38,608 nucleotides of DNA. Source: Bigelowiella natans CCMP2755 (taxonomy: Eukaryota; Protista; Cercozoa). The stretch lies in contig ADNK01000968.1 of assembly GCA_000320545.1 (NCBI GenBank), positions 1-38,608 on the forward strand. The letters are read 5' to 3'. A program made the translations under genes and the position numbers. The notes under the pieces are model-generated. The model made no database searches and was not told the origin of the DNA. It saw only the letters and a program-made list of their open reading frames with translations. This document shows, piece after piece, positions 27,501 to 38,608 of this stretch. How positions within the stretch are numbered: position 1 is the first letter of the stretch; every line of letters starts with the position of its first letter.

Positions 27501-30500
27501 ATTCTCCTTCAATGCTACTGTCAGAAAGCAAGCCCATTTTGATGCCGAATCAACCTTGAATGTCATTTCGGAGAGGCTTGGACAGAAGGATGTTTCTAGC
27601 TTTGCAACCCTGGTTTCCGGAGCAGCCTCGCTTCTCAAATCTGACCAGTCAACTACAAGCAGCAGTGCAAAGGAAACGCGAGCGACACTTGTGACGTCCA
27701 TTAAGTCGTTGACCGAGGTAGTGGAAGGGGAGGCCGATGTAAATAGCGCAGTGTCCACGCCGTTGGTTTTGGTAAGTTTAGCGACAGACTTCAACGATCC
27801 CAAAGAGCTGACAGAAGACACTAGGGCTACTGCTGCTGAGCTTATTCTCAACTTAACTCGAAGGTATTGCGAATGAATAGAAAAGCATGCGCTTGCATAC
27901 ACATACACACAGAAAAAAATATTTTATGGTACATCGCGCACACCAACCTGCGAAAACGATGGTGTTGACTCACCCTAATCTTCTTTTATTTGATTGTGCA
28001 CTTCTTCTTGCAGCCCGCTCAACAATTTTTCTCCGACTATCGTCGCGGCATCATTGTCCGGCCTTGGTAACTTGATTCGCTCCTCAGAGGCAACTCACAG
28101 CGAAACTGGCAGTCAAGGTGCTGAGCAGACCCAGTTTTCAACAGCGGTGACAGAGTCTATCACTGCCTTGGGATCAGGAATGGTGACTGAAGCGGTCGAG
28201 GGAGAAGAACCAAGGGAAGTAGGCATCGGTGGTATCACAATCGCTGCGCAAGCGCTATCGACATCAACGGTGAGGCTGTATGTGAGTTTTCCCTGCATGC
28301 GGAACGTGGTCAAATACATGTTTCAGGAGGGGGGAATCCGCATTTGTAGTGCAGCGTCTTCTGTGACTTACTTCCTTTGTGTCGCACTTTGGCTTTTTAG
28401 GTTGCTGGAAGCACTCTTTCCAGCAGTACTGGTTCTAGTATTGAGGTGCCTGCATCCCTTGAGCTCTCAGGTTCTGGTCCCGTACAATTGTCCTTGGCAA
28501 CGGTGCGTATGTTCCCAAAACCCATGCAGCCAGACAATCGCGCGTATCAGTTTGAACAAAATAAGAGGATGCCTGAATGGGGTGGGGAGGGTCGGAAAAA
28601 GTCGCAAACACATCTTTTCGTACACATACACACGCGCAGGCACACACGTGAATGCTTGCATACATACGCACGCGAATGTGTCCCACGCACATGTATTTTT
28701 GCCATGCACACATTGACAGCACTGCACGTCGCATGCAGGTGAGCTCGGAGTTGTATCCATCGGATCGCAACCAAAGCTCCAAAACAGTGCTGGTGACGAT
28801 ATCGCAAGCGGGGCAGGTCGTGCAGGATAACACCGCGGAAACGCCTTACAAAATCTCCATCCCAAGTACCGTGCTCGGAGTGGATGCGAGTCAAAACCCC
28901 TCGGATTTATTCAGTTGCGGATTCTGGAACGAACTGAATAAGACTTGGGACGGCCGCGGCCTCAAAGTTATCTCGGTCGTAAACGGTACAATTGGAGATG
29001 GAGGCTCAGTCGTCTGTGCCTCTCCACACCTCACCGCATTCTCATCGAACACAGAGTTTAAAATCAGTATCAACACATTCGACGAGGATGACATAAATGC
29101 AGATGCTTTCTCACTGAGTAAAAACCCAATCATGCTTTTTGGAACTTTGACTCTTGTCGGCCTCGCGCTGCTCCTCGGCGTTTCGGTATGGTTGGATCGA
29201 AATCGCTTCAAGTCTGCTAAAGCCACAGATACAAAGCACTTTTGGCTTCTTTCAAACCAAATGTACAACTTGCGATTTAAGTCAAGGACCTTCGGGCGTT
29301 GTTTTAGAAGAATGAAGTGGTCCATTCGTCAAAAACACCCCTGGCTCAGCATTGTCCTTCACCACAAGGGCGACCATCTGATATCCACCAAGCGGACAAT
29401 CGTTCTTTCTGTGTTGTTATTTAATTGCATGGGAGTGCTCGTACTGTTAATGGGCCAAGAACAGAGCCTGCCATTTCTCTCAGGAGCAGCGGCGGCAGCA
29501 GTTGTGTCTGCAATGTTTTCCTTCCCAGTTCCGTTCATCGTTGTCACTTTTTTCAATCGCCACATGCCATCAGTATTAAGGATCAAGCCTGATACTCTTC
29601 GGCCCCATTCTGTCGGTATTTTGGCAAAGGCATCAAACATGATCATGGATTCTCTCCTTGGAGATATTGAATTCCAGGAGGAGGAGGAGGAGAAAGAAGA
29701 AGAAGAGGAGGAAAACGAAAAGCGCAAAAGCAAGTCTCAACATGGTCCCGATTTGCCCTGGGAGCGAAATTCATCTCATCAAGGAATTAAGGGCACCATC
29801 GAGCTCACGGAAAGAGCACCGAATAATGAAGTCGAAGTAGAACCGAAAAGTAGGGGAACGTCCAAGGGAGGGATTTCCGACATAGAACGCAAAATTATGC
29901 AAACTCGTGCACTTCAGTCTGTTGCCGAGAAGCGTAGAGACTCTTCTACTCTCTCATCTACGTTTGGCGACCTTGACGTTGAAGTTGAATCTCAGAGTGT
30001 GGTTCTAGGAACGAAAGATTCGAAATCCACCCGGAGACCAAGATCTGCAAAAAGCAAAGTTGGTGCCAAGTTCGATCATATCCTTCCCGACATTGGGGAG
30101 ACTAGGCCTGGGATGATTATTGGCGAGAATTCAACCGAAATAACAGCTAGAAACCTTCAGGTTTACGATATGTCTGGATCCTTGGTCGATCTGAGCGCAC
30201 ATCAAGTTAATGCCCAGAAGCCAGGGCAGGACGATGGGAAAGAGGGTGGGTCAAAGAATGGATGCTGCAGTTCCGGAAGCGACCCCAACCTTAGCGCAAG
30301 TGACCTTACTGTCGGGGATATCATTGCCATATTTTTTTCCATCATATTTGTGTGTGGATGCTGGTTCATTATCGTTGTGCTTTCTGCGAAGTTGTCCGCG
30401 GAGGGTGAGAGGGCCTGGTTGCCAGAGACACTAACCACATTCGCGATCGATTTCGTATCGCGGGTTTTTGTTATCGTAATCATCGAAACCATTTTCTTCG

Positions 30501-31842
30501 CGCCGTTCTGTACCGAAGATATCACGAAGGAGGTCGAGATCAAGGTTAGATGATGGATGAGTATCTTCATTTGTTCTTCCCATGTTTTAGGATTTTTCTT
30601 TTAGGTTGCGGAAGATTACGTGTGGCTCGATAAAGTTGATGAAATTGAAGTGGATCGTTCATTGCGTGTGATCTCGATGACGAGAGCTGCGGCACGGAAA
30701 GGGATCCCAATGGGGTGCAAGGTATTTCTTGCATTCATTCTGAGAAATAGATGCATCTTTTTTTTTTAACCAAAGGTGTGGCCTTGTGTTTGGCGCAGAT
30801 ATGAAGCAGGTGGTGTATACATATGAAGCAAATGTGTATGATATTTTTGCAGGTTGACGCGGTCAACTCGAAAGTTGTAACTACAAAAAAGAGGTTCTTA
30901 GAACTGGTGACGGCTGCCATTGAGTCCCAAAAATCAGGGTGCGAGCTTACCATCCTCGTTCCAAGCGCTCAGTCCCAAGTTTTCACAGTGAAAGTTTCAG
31001 TGACCAATCCTGGCCTCCAAATAGATGAAACAATGCACGTAAGCTCCATTGAAGAGGGGGGAGATGCGGAGAAGAAAGGTGTGCAAGTGGGATGGAAACT
31101 CGTCAAGATCGGCCATTCAGTCGTACAAACGTTTGAGAAGTTGCAAGCTCTTTTGCACCACGTAAAACGAGAGAAAAAGCAGGTCAAGATGATGTTTCGA
31201 AAGGTTGACCAGAAACGGCATGCCCAAGCTAGAGAGAAACACAACAGAAACCAGAGTAGTTGCTACAGTTTCAGCGAAATGAATCAAAGTATTTCGACAT
31301 CATTCAAGGCTCCACTCGCATCTTCACAAAAAATGAATAAGAGCCTTTCGAAATTTACAACGCCTCGTTCGCACCGAACTATCCCCAGCACAATAGTGGA
31401 ATTGCCTGCGATAGAGCAAGTAGGAGTAAATACTTCAAACTTGGCCTCCTCTCAATCTCATACATCAGCAAGTAGAGAATCCGACGGGAAATTTACTGAT
31501 GCCGATTCTAATTTGGGTTCATCAGGCGAATTAAAATCAGTAGGTATGTTCAGAAGTAGCAACAATTCCTTTCATAGTCGAACGATCTCAGAACAAACGG
31601 GAGATCGGGTTGATATCTCTACGGAGAGGCGGTCACGCAATGTCGATCCTAGTTCTCGTCACCGTGAATCTTCTCCTGCAAGACGAAGAAGGCGCAGAGA
31701 GAGGGGTGCTCGTGAGGCGAGCCCACAGACTTCTCGAAACAGATCTCGCACCAATTCTCGTAATAATTCAGAAGAATACGACCACCGGTCGCAAACCATA
31801 AACGCTGCTAATATTTTTGGATATAGCAACGCTCGGTTGTAG
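21561..31842 (+). CDS. Large polycystin-1/REJ-like cell-surface receptor: signal peptide, up to 3 LamG/ConA-like domains, Pro/Ser/Thr stalk, REJ region, GPS, 5 TM, 2 PDZ-like domains, Ser/Arg-rich tail
   Basis: Signal MLLLLFFLARVEVVIG; LWLKA.D...W.DASG...EVI.YNRSL repeats; SPSxSPT stalk; REJ motifs (VNTPPSLGSCGVSPSSGVAL, WEDEDLPLRYKF, LLP); GPS CGFW...W...CASPHLTAF; HPWLSI; five hydrophobic helices. GT-AG introns join in frame except at the duplication junction near 23487. Confidence 0.88.
22565..24409 (+). repeat. Apparently exact 922-bp tandem duplication (partial intron plus LamG-like exon)
   Basis: 22565-23487 is repeated at 23487-24409. ORF starts 22626 and 23548 differ by 922 and translate identically over the repeat. 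Confidence 0.95.
24259..25127 (+). repeat. Coding Pro/Ser/Thr mucin-like degenerate repeats (SPSxSPT/APS)
   Basis: About 290 aa of SPS/SPT/APS/APT tetrapeptide-like units. Confidence 0.9.
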
Positions 31843-32952
31843 TTTAATCGTTGGTAGTTCCTCAGATTAGATTCCTGTTGTGTACCATCGAGAAGAACCA
31901 TGCTAGCATTCGAGTTCGAAATGAACAACTCGCAAAATGGAATTGTCGGTCTCACGCAATCCCTTCTAATCAAATTGTCCACAGGCCTGCTTCATGCAAG
32001 CTTTCTTGCAATTCAACGCCTTACGTTCATTTTTCATCATCGTGACAGATCACAGGGCAAATACATGTCCAAATTCGCGGCAGACACAAATGGTTGCTGT
32101 GAGGCAGGATCTGCCACATGACATCTAACATGCTAGAATTTGACGTTAGTCGAAGTTTGCAGCAAGCGCATGCCGGAGCGAAATCAGATAGCAACAGGCA
32201 TTGATGCTTTGTCTTTGTGCTTGATCATCGATGTGATCGTATCGCACATCGTATTTTCCATCATCGTGTGCACATCTTGTCACGCGACAATTTTGCACAT
32301 CGACATGCAACTTCCCATAGTGCTGCATGCATTGCTCATTGACTAGTTGATGCAACTCCAGTACAATCACCGTTACGTTCCGCTCAAAATGGATAACGTT
32401 GATCATTGTGTTTAGTGCGTGACGGGTTCATGTTTTCACGTAGTGCTTCCCCAATGAAAGCCCTCATCAATGCAAAATGTTCTGAAATCCGATCCCGATT
32501 CGTCGCTATGCAGCGTGCTGATGAGGGGTGGTCACACTTGGCTCGAAAAGGACGCATGAGCAGAGAACGTGGCAACGCAATGTGATCGCGCAAATTATGT
32601 TTTCACGGAGAAAAGTGGCGCCGCAAAATTGCAGCGCTTGTCACATTTTGAATAGTGCAAGCTCATTTGAGAACGCAGCCTGGTCCCTTTCAAAAGAGCC
32701 AGGTCTGACCTCTATTGCTGCTCTCTTATTGATCGCGCACAATGCACATCTAGACATTCGTAGCAGGCAAAACCTTGATTTTGTCCAAAAATGAGATTTT
32801 AGTGAGCTATGTTCAGCAGCTAACAATTAGTATGCAAAGCTACTTTCCCATAGCGATGACTCTACTGGTGAAAAAGGCTGTTTTTTTCAATGCTGCACAC
32901 CATGGCATGCATATTATCTAAATGCATATGCGATTGGAGGTCTTGCTTTGCT

Positions 32953-34697
32953 TCAACGTTCCTTAGTGCCTTTGATTCGCATCATGATCCGCGAAAGACA
33001 GTCCAATGAGAGGCCTACGAATAGTATTGCGACTCCAGCTATTGCGATCTTCACTCCTTGATCCTGCGTGCACAATATGTACAAATTTTCAGAGAAATAT
33101 GATCCGAAGCCATGATGAGGAGCCTAAATTTACCTGACGAGGCGTGAGTTCGTATTGATGAAACGACAACAGCAACTCTGGCACTGGAGTGTCGGCCGTT
33201 CGTTTTCTGGACTCTCCAGAAGATTCTTTGATTTGAACCGCGACATTGCGAAGCTGTGGGTTATATTAAAAGACTGTTATTTTCCAAAATGCGTTCTGTC
33301 TATCAGCAAAGGGGGATTGCACGTTTTTACCACAATTTCTAAGTCATCCACAGGCATGCTGATCCTTGCCTTTGCATCACTATTATCTGTGTTCAAAGTA
33401 GCCTTAGTGTCCGGAGAGGCTACTGCTGCGGCGGCATCATCTCTACTCGTTGAAGATAGCGAGAATACACTTTGAGTAACTGCGAGCTCAGACATTGTGC
33501 TTGATAAACGGTGCGTGCAGCCAGATGGATTGCTGCACATTTTTCTTGCCGCTGGCGATTCTCCGTAGTTATCTTCTCCTTCTGGGCTTGGAAGGTAGAC
33601 AAGAACTTGTGTGCCCTTCACTCCAAGACGGCGAGGGATCCCAGCTGTGCGTGGACCATCTACTCCTGATATATATATATTACTAAATGTATTCATTATA
33701 TACAGTATAATCTCAAAAAAGAGAGAAGGTCGCAGATACTATTTAAATGTACAACTCATGAAAATACCCCGAGAGCTGTCGAATTTGATTGACGATGTCG
33801 CCTTTACTTCGCCTTGTGAGAGGAGCTCGAAAGAAAGTACCATTGAAACTACAAGCAAACAAATTAATGTTAAACATCACTCCGCAGCAAGTGACCAAAT
33901 ATTTTGATTTATGAAAGACTTGCACACATTGCAGTTTTTCGGGGAAGGCCAAACGAGGTACGTAATGTATGGAATCGAAGAGAAATCCCTCCCGCAACTT
34001 TGCTCGGAATTCGCCCCCGACGGTTGGAATTGATGACTTCTCTGTCGCAGTGATAGCGTGGCAGGGAGTATTTGAGAGAATGTACATCGAGGACCCCCTT
34101 TGTCCATCACAAAAGTGAAGGGGGAGGGCGACAAAGGGTAAGGGCGTCGGAACAAATTCCATCCGCAAAGTAACCTGGGCGGTGGACAAGAATATCAGGT
34201 ATACCCTACCATTATCACTACAGCTACTCCTACAACTACTACTACTACTACTTAAAAAAAAAAAAAAATAATAATAATAATAATACGTGCGACTCTATTA
34301 ATTGAAGAGTCATACCCCAGGTATTATCAGAGAGATTCCAAGGGCCAGAAGTAGCCACACTGAAATTGTAAATCTGTCTAACCCTGTCCATATCCTGCAA
34401 ATGCCGCAGCATCCGCCTACTTTTGGTTGCCCTCTCCTCGATGTTTTGCCATTGGACTTCGGTCTTGATGCCCACCCAGTCTCTTGCAAGGCTCCTCCCT
34501 CTTCTTCGATTGATAATTTTTCTAGATACTCAGGATTCAGGCTCTCAGTCTCTCCTGATGTGAAAAAATGGCGATGATATCATCATCGTCGTCGTCAGTC
34601 ATCAATGTCGTCTTTCTCAGCTGTTTCGATTATTCGTAGCTGCACACTTACCATCAGAGTCATCATCGCCCCAATAATCATCCTTGGGTGCCCGCAT
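32953..34697 (-). CDS. Hypothetical two-TM membrane protein (multi-exon; internal exon boundaries partly ambiguous)
   Basis: MRAPKDDYWGDDDSD / GETESLNPEY...FTISVWLLLALGISLIIPG / VTLRMEFVP... / LRNVAVQIK...ELTPRQ / DQGVKIAIAGVAILFVGLSLDCLSRIMMRIKGTKER*, joined by GT-AG introns. The phase across 33960-33670 could not be resolved uniquely. The start may lie further upstream. Confidence 0.6.
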
Positions 34698-35141
34698 GCT
34701 CTCGTGAATTCCCTCCTCGGGTGTGTGAGCATAAGGCCCTAACTCCTCATCAGCCCAACGGGCGACATCATTGGCCAAGAACGGCGGTTGGGGATGCTCT
34801 CTCCTCCCTGGATCTGATCTGTTTGAGAAAGTGAATGTTCCCTCGGTTTCTCTCTCTCTCAGGGCACGATCTGGCAAATATTTCACCAGTAATTAACGTA
34901 ACACAAATTAGAAAACTGCAGGCCTCCTTGTGAATTTCAGCGCTGATGTTCTAGGAGAACAGCAATAGAAGGACGAAAAACATTGGATAAATTACCTAAA
35001 ATTCCTCCCCTTTTTATAAACCCGTGGACGTTTGAGCGGAAGTTAGTAGGAAGAAATTTCCTTGTTTCCTGAAGGTGAATTACATCATTGGATGGTGATA
35101 AATTAATTCGTCACTCGGTACATGTAGTCCAAAATAAAAGG

Positions 35142-35192
35142 AGAAGAAGAAGAAGAAGAAGAAGAAGAGGAAGTTCGCTGTTCATTTTTTCA

Positions 35193-35277
<85 letters not shown>

Positions 35278-35407
35278 CGAAAACAGAACGACATGCAGAA
35301 GGACGGACAGACGGACGACAACCAGGATTCCTCGTGCGAGCTGTGCGACCATTAAGGAAGGAGGAGGAGGAGAAGAAGAAGAAGAAGAAGAAGAAGAAGA
35401 AGAAGAA
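35142..35407. repeat. Trinucleotide microsatellite cluster (GAA)n, (GTT)n, (GAG)n/(GAA)n upstream of UFD2
   Basis: (GAA)n ~35142-35168, (TGT)n ~35193-35277, (GAA)n ~35372-35407. Confidence 0.95.
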
Positions 35408-35578
35408 CAAGGAGGGGGAGGCACACAGCAGCACACAGCGGATAGGACCAGAGAGACGGAGAAAGCAGAAACCAACCACCGATCTCAGTAGCAGGAAGTA
35501 AGTAGGAGCAGCACGAACAGAAGGAAAGGAAGAACTCACTCACTGCTCGATTGTTGCCGACCCCGCACAGTACTCAGC

Positions 35579-37106
35579 ATGCTGGCCGCAAGGTTTCCTA
35601 CTTCCCTGCCCGAGTGGGAGAATCACGTTTTCTCTGCTGTCCTCTCTGTTACCCTCGATTTGAAGGAAGAGAGTGGCTCTCATCATCATGCCGTCGCAGA
35701 TAGTTCAGACCCGCTCGCAGGCAAATGCAAGAGGGTTCTCCTTAAAGAGATGGCAACTGAGTGTGAGGAAGCGGGCGAGAAAGCTCTGTTAACTTCTGAC
35801 AGCATTGACGCCGCAATCATTGAGAGACTGAATCTCCCTTTCCCTAACAACGACACAGCATTTGGCTACCTAGCACGATCCTATATCAGAATCGAGGATT
35901 GGAAGAAGAAGGCAGCTGCTGCCAATGCATCATCTGGAGACAAAGAAGCAGCCGAAAGCCACGAGAAAAGCCTCGAAACTCTGCGAAAGAGCGTGTTGTC
36001 TTATGCGGGACTCGTGCTGCTGCCCACAGACATGCTAGAGGAGAAGCAGCATCAGCGCTGCCAGCGCCAGGCCTTTCGCTTGCTCTCACAAGTTCCTGGC
36101 TCTCCAGAGGGCCTTCCTCAGAGATTCTTAGCGGCAATGGTGGCAGAGATGGACAAGGAAACCCTGCCTGACGCGTTCGACCCTCTTATAGTATTTTGCA
36201 TTGCCAACCCTCGCAACATCAGCCTGAATAACTGCAGCAGCCCGCTTATGTTCCTACAGAATATTACAAGGGTGAAGGGTCTTGCTGCCGTCGTCGTTAA
36301 CCACCCACAGTTCAATCCCAAGGTGTTGTAGGAGTAGAAGAAGAAGAAGATGATGATGATGATGATGATGAGTATGTAATCCAGGAATCATAATAAACAC
36401 CACGGTATGTTCGTTATATGCGTAGTAGTAATTGTAGTAGTAAAGCACGTTGGGGGTCCATAAACACGCACACTCCCAACAAACTATGTTGTTAGTAGAA
36501 AACCTGGATCAAAATATCCTCCTCCTTATATTTCGTATGTGCGCCGTAAATACCTGCAACCGTAGCGGATGAAATCATCGATGTACACCTAGAGTTGTCT
36601 CATAATTCTTCGATTTTTAGGGAGTCACGAACGGGATGCAGCTCCAAATGGCCATGATACTCGGCCCATACCTCGGCCTTACCACCAATGGCAAAGATCC
36701 CAGATTCAGCGATAATCCACACCAGCGCTCACAAGCCGTCACTGAAATGCGAAACAAAATCGCAGCCCTGCAGGAATCAATTGTGCGTGATCCTCCTATG
36801 ATTGTATTATTAGATTTTTGGGGATGATATTTTGGGCCTTCTACTGCTGATTGACTTTCGAAGAGAAAGAGAGAGTGAAGGCTGCTCGTGTGGATGTTTA
36901 ATAATGACCTGTGTGTCCTCGTAACGCCTCCATATAAGTTTGTTTATTCGACGATGGCACCATGAGTTTGCTTGTGTTTCCGAAAAAAAAAAAAGGCAAC
37001 GATACTGTTTAATATGCTGCGCTCGGGCTCTGAGGTGCAGGAAGCTGTTTTACGCTGGATCTCCAAAATTCTAAGGCAGCAGCAGACAACATCATCGCAT
37101 ACGCAA

Positions 37107-37149
<43 letters not shown>

Positions 37150-37516
37150 TTATATTGTGTGTGTGTGTGTGGCGCTCATATGTGCGAGTGCATATTGATG
37201 AAAAAGGCTCTACATCACCGTATACGACGACTAACGACCTGCATATCCATCATCGCAGATTGAACTCGGAGCGGCGCAAGATGCACTTCGACCCGGTGAA
37301 GGTTTCTTCGCTTGGGTTCTTTGTTAACTTAGGTGCTGTAATGCTCACGAACTCGATGCCCTTTATTGTGTCAAAGAAAGACCGAGTCAAGAGCGTCAAT
37401 CCCAGTGCGTTGGCTCATTCATGCATGCCTGCGTTTAATTATTAATGTTAGACCCGGGGAGGGGGGGAGGTTAGCAGGAAGAATTGGCAAGACTGTTGCA
37501 TCAAAATGAGCTATAA

Positions 37517-37551
<35 letters not shown>

Positions 37552-37733
37552 TATTTTCAAAAGAGAGCATTCGATCGCGGAGGACGTTTTAATGGGCTGT
37601 TGTTAGTAACCTGGCTGCTGCTTCATCCTAGATCATCACCACCCGCATGTGTTGTGCTAGCATCTTCCCTTGGGGCTTTGAAACGAACAAAGCTTTGCGA
37701 AGAGTTCTTTGCGTCACTGATTGGTGTGGTTGG

Positions 37734-37773
<40 letters not shown>

Positions 37774-38314
37774 CTTAGGATTCCTGCTCGGCAGCGAAGG
37801 CGACAGGATAAACTACTCTCTTTGCACACGATTCCACGCAACACGCAGTGAAATGGATGATTTAGCTAAGGAGCTTCTCGAGAAGGAGGCGGAGGCGGAG
37901 AGGAAGAAAGCGATGAAAACAGCAGCGGCAGATGATGTAAAGGTGTCGTCGTCGGGGAAGGCGACAATAGAGCAGATTAGAGTGAATAATAGTAGTAGTA
38001 GTGGTAGTAATAGTAATGGCGACGACGCCAAAAACGACGATGCAACGAGCGAGGCACCTGCTGGAACGAAGACGAAGAAGAAGAAGAAGAAGAAATTCAG
38101 CCTTGTGACTGAGATGTTCTTCCTTACGATGGAGACGCTCCAACTAGGGTATGGTGATGATGATGATGATGATGATGATATGATAATAGCATGCTGGGAA
38201 AATGCTCCCTTTAGTTAGCTGTCATCATCGCTGTAGTGGCACTGATGAAGGCAACGATATGTAAATGCTCATTTTGTTTTTAAGATATTTCCCCTACACA
38301 CATACACACACACA

Positions 38315-38372
<58 letters not shown>

Positions 38373-38375
38373 AGT

Positions 38376-38411
<36 letters not shown>

Positions 38412-38608
38412 GTGCGAATAGAGAAGTGGTCCATATAAATTATAATGTTCATTTTCCTCATTAAAACCCCTGAACATCCCCCCCCCTCCCCTCCCCTCGC
38501 CTCAAACCCAGCTACATCCGCAATCTTCACGCTCTTACCCGTATTGTCCGTGAGATAGCTCAGTGCCAAGAGACAGATCGAACATATGGGAGGGGGGACA
38601 GCACCAAC
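35579..38608 (+). CDS. UFD2: Ubiquitin conjugation factor E4 (UFD2/UBE4-like); N-terminal part, continues beyond the window
   Basis: FGYLARSY, VLSYAGLVL, ILGPYLGL, VLRWISKILRLNSERRKM...SSLGFFVNLGAVML, RINYSLCTRFHAT and FSLVTEMFFLT match the Ufd2 core. An extra upstream exon (donor GTAAGT ~35498) is possible. Confidence 0.88.
37732..37773. repeat. (GTT)n microsatellite just before a UFD2 splice acceptor
   Basis: Direct reading. Confidence 0.93.
38318..38405. repeat. (AT)n and (GT)n microsatellites in a UFD2 intron
   Basis: Direct reading. Confidence 0.93.

Noticed and set aside
35088-35543. Poly-C, poly-Q, poly-L and poly-N ORFs
   Set aside because: Trinucleotide microsatellites keep frames open. 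There is no protein-like content, although a short upstream UFD2 exon here cannot be excluded.

Overview
Gene-dense eukaryotic nuclear DNA with many short GT-AG spliceosomal introns and microsatellite-laden introns, from a flagellated protist or alga. The style would fit a chlorarachniophyte, but the sequence alone cannot establish the species. Ten protein-coding genes were reconstructed by hand-splicing: SEC14/CRAL-TRIO (-, partial), an intronless acidic protein with one TPR-like motif (+), LUC7 (-), IFT80 (+, 20 exons), a secreted ependymin-like Cys-rich protein (-), an acyltransferase-3 (NolL/OafA-like) membrane protein carrying a ubiquitin-like domain (-), CFAP91 (+), a ~10 kb polycystin-1-like receptor (LamG-like x3, Pro/Ser/Thr stalk, REJ, GPS, 5 TM, PDZ-like x2) (+), an unknown two-TM protein (-) and UFD2/UBE4 (+, partial). 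The main points of interest are the channel-less PKD1-like/PDZ receptor with an apparently exact 922-bp exon duplication, the AT3-ubiquitin-like fusion, a LUC7 lacking most zinc ligands, a probable GC-AG intron, and distinctive TG/CA-rich spacers downstream of gene 3' ends that share a paired GCATCGCAT motif. No rRNA, tRNA, CRISPR array or intact transposon was seen. Domain calls come from recalled motifs, not database searches.
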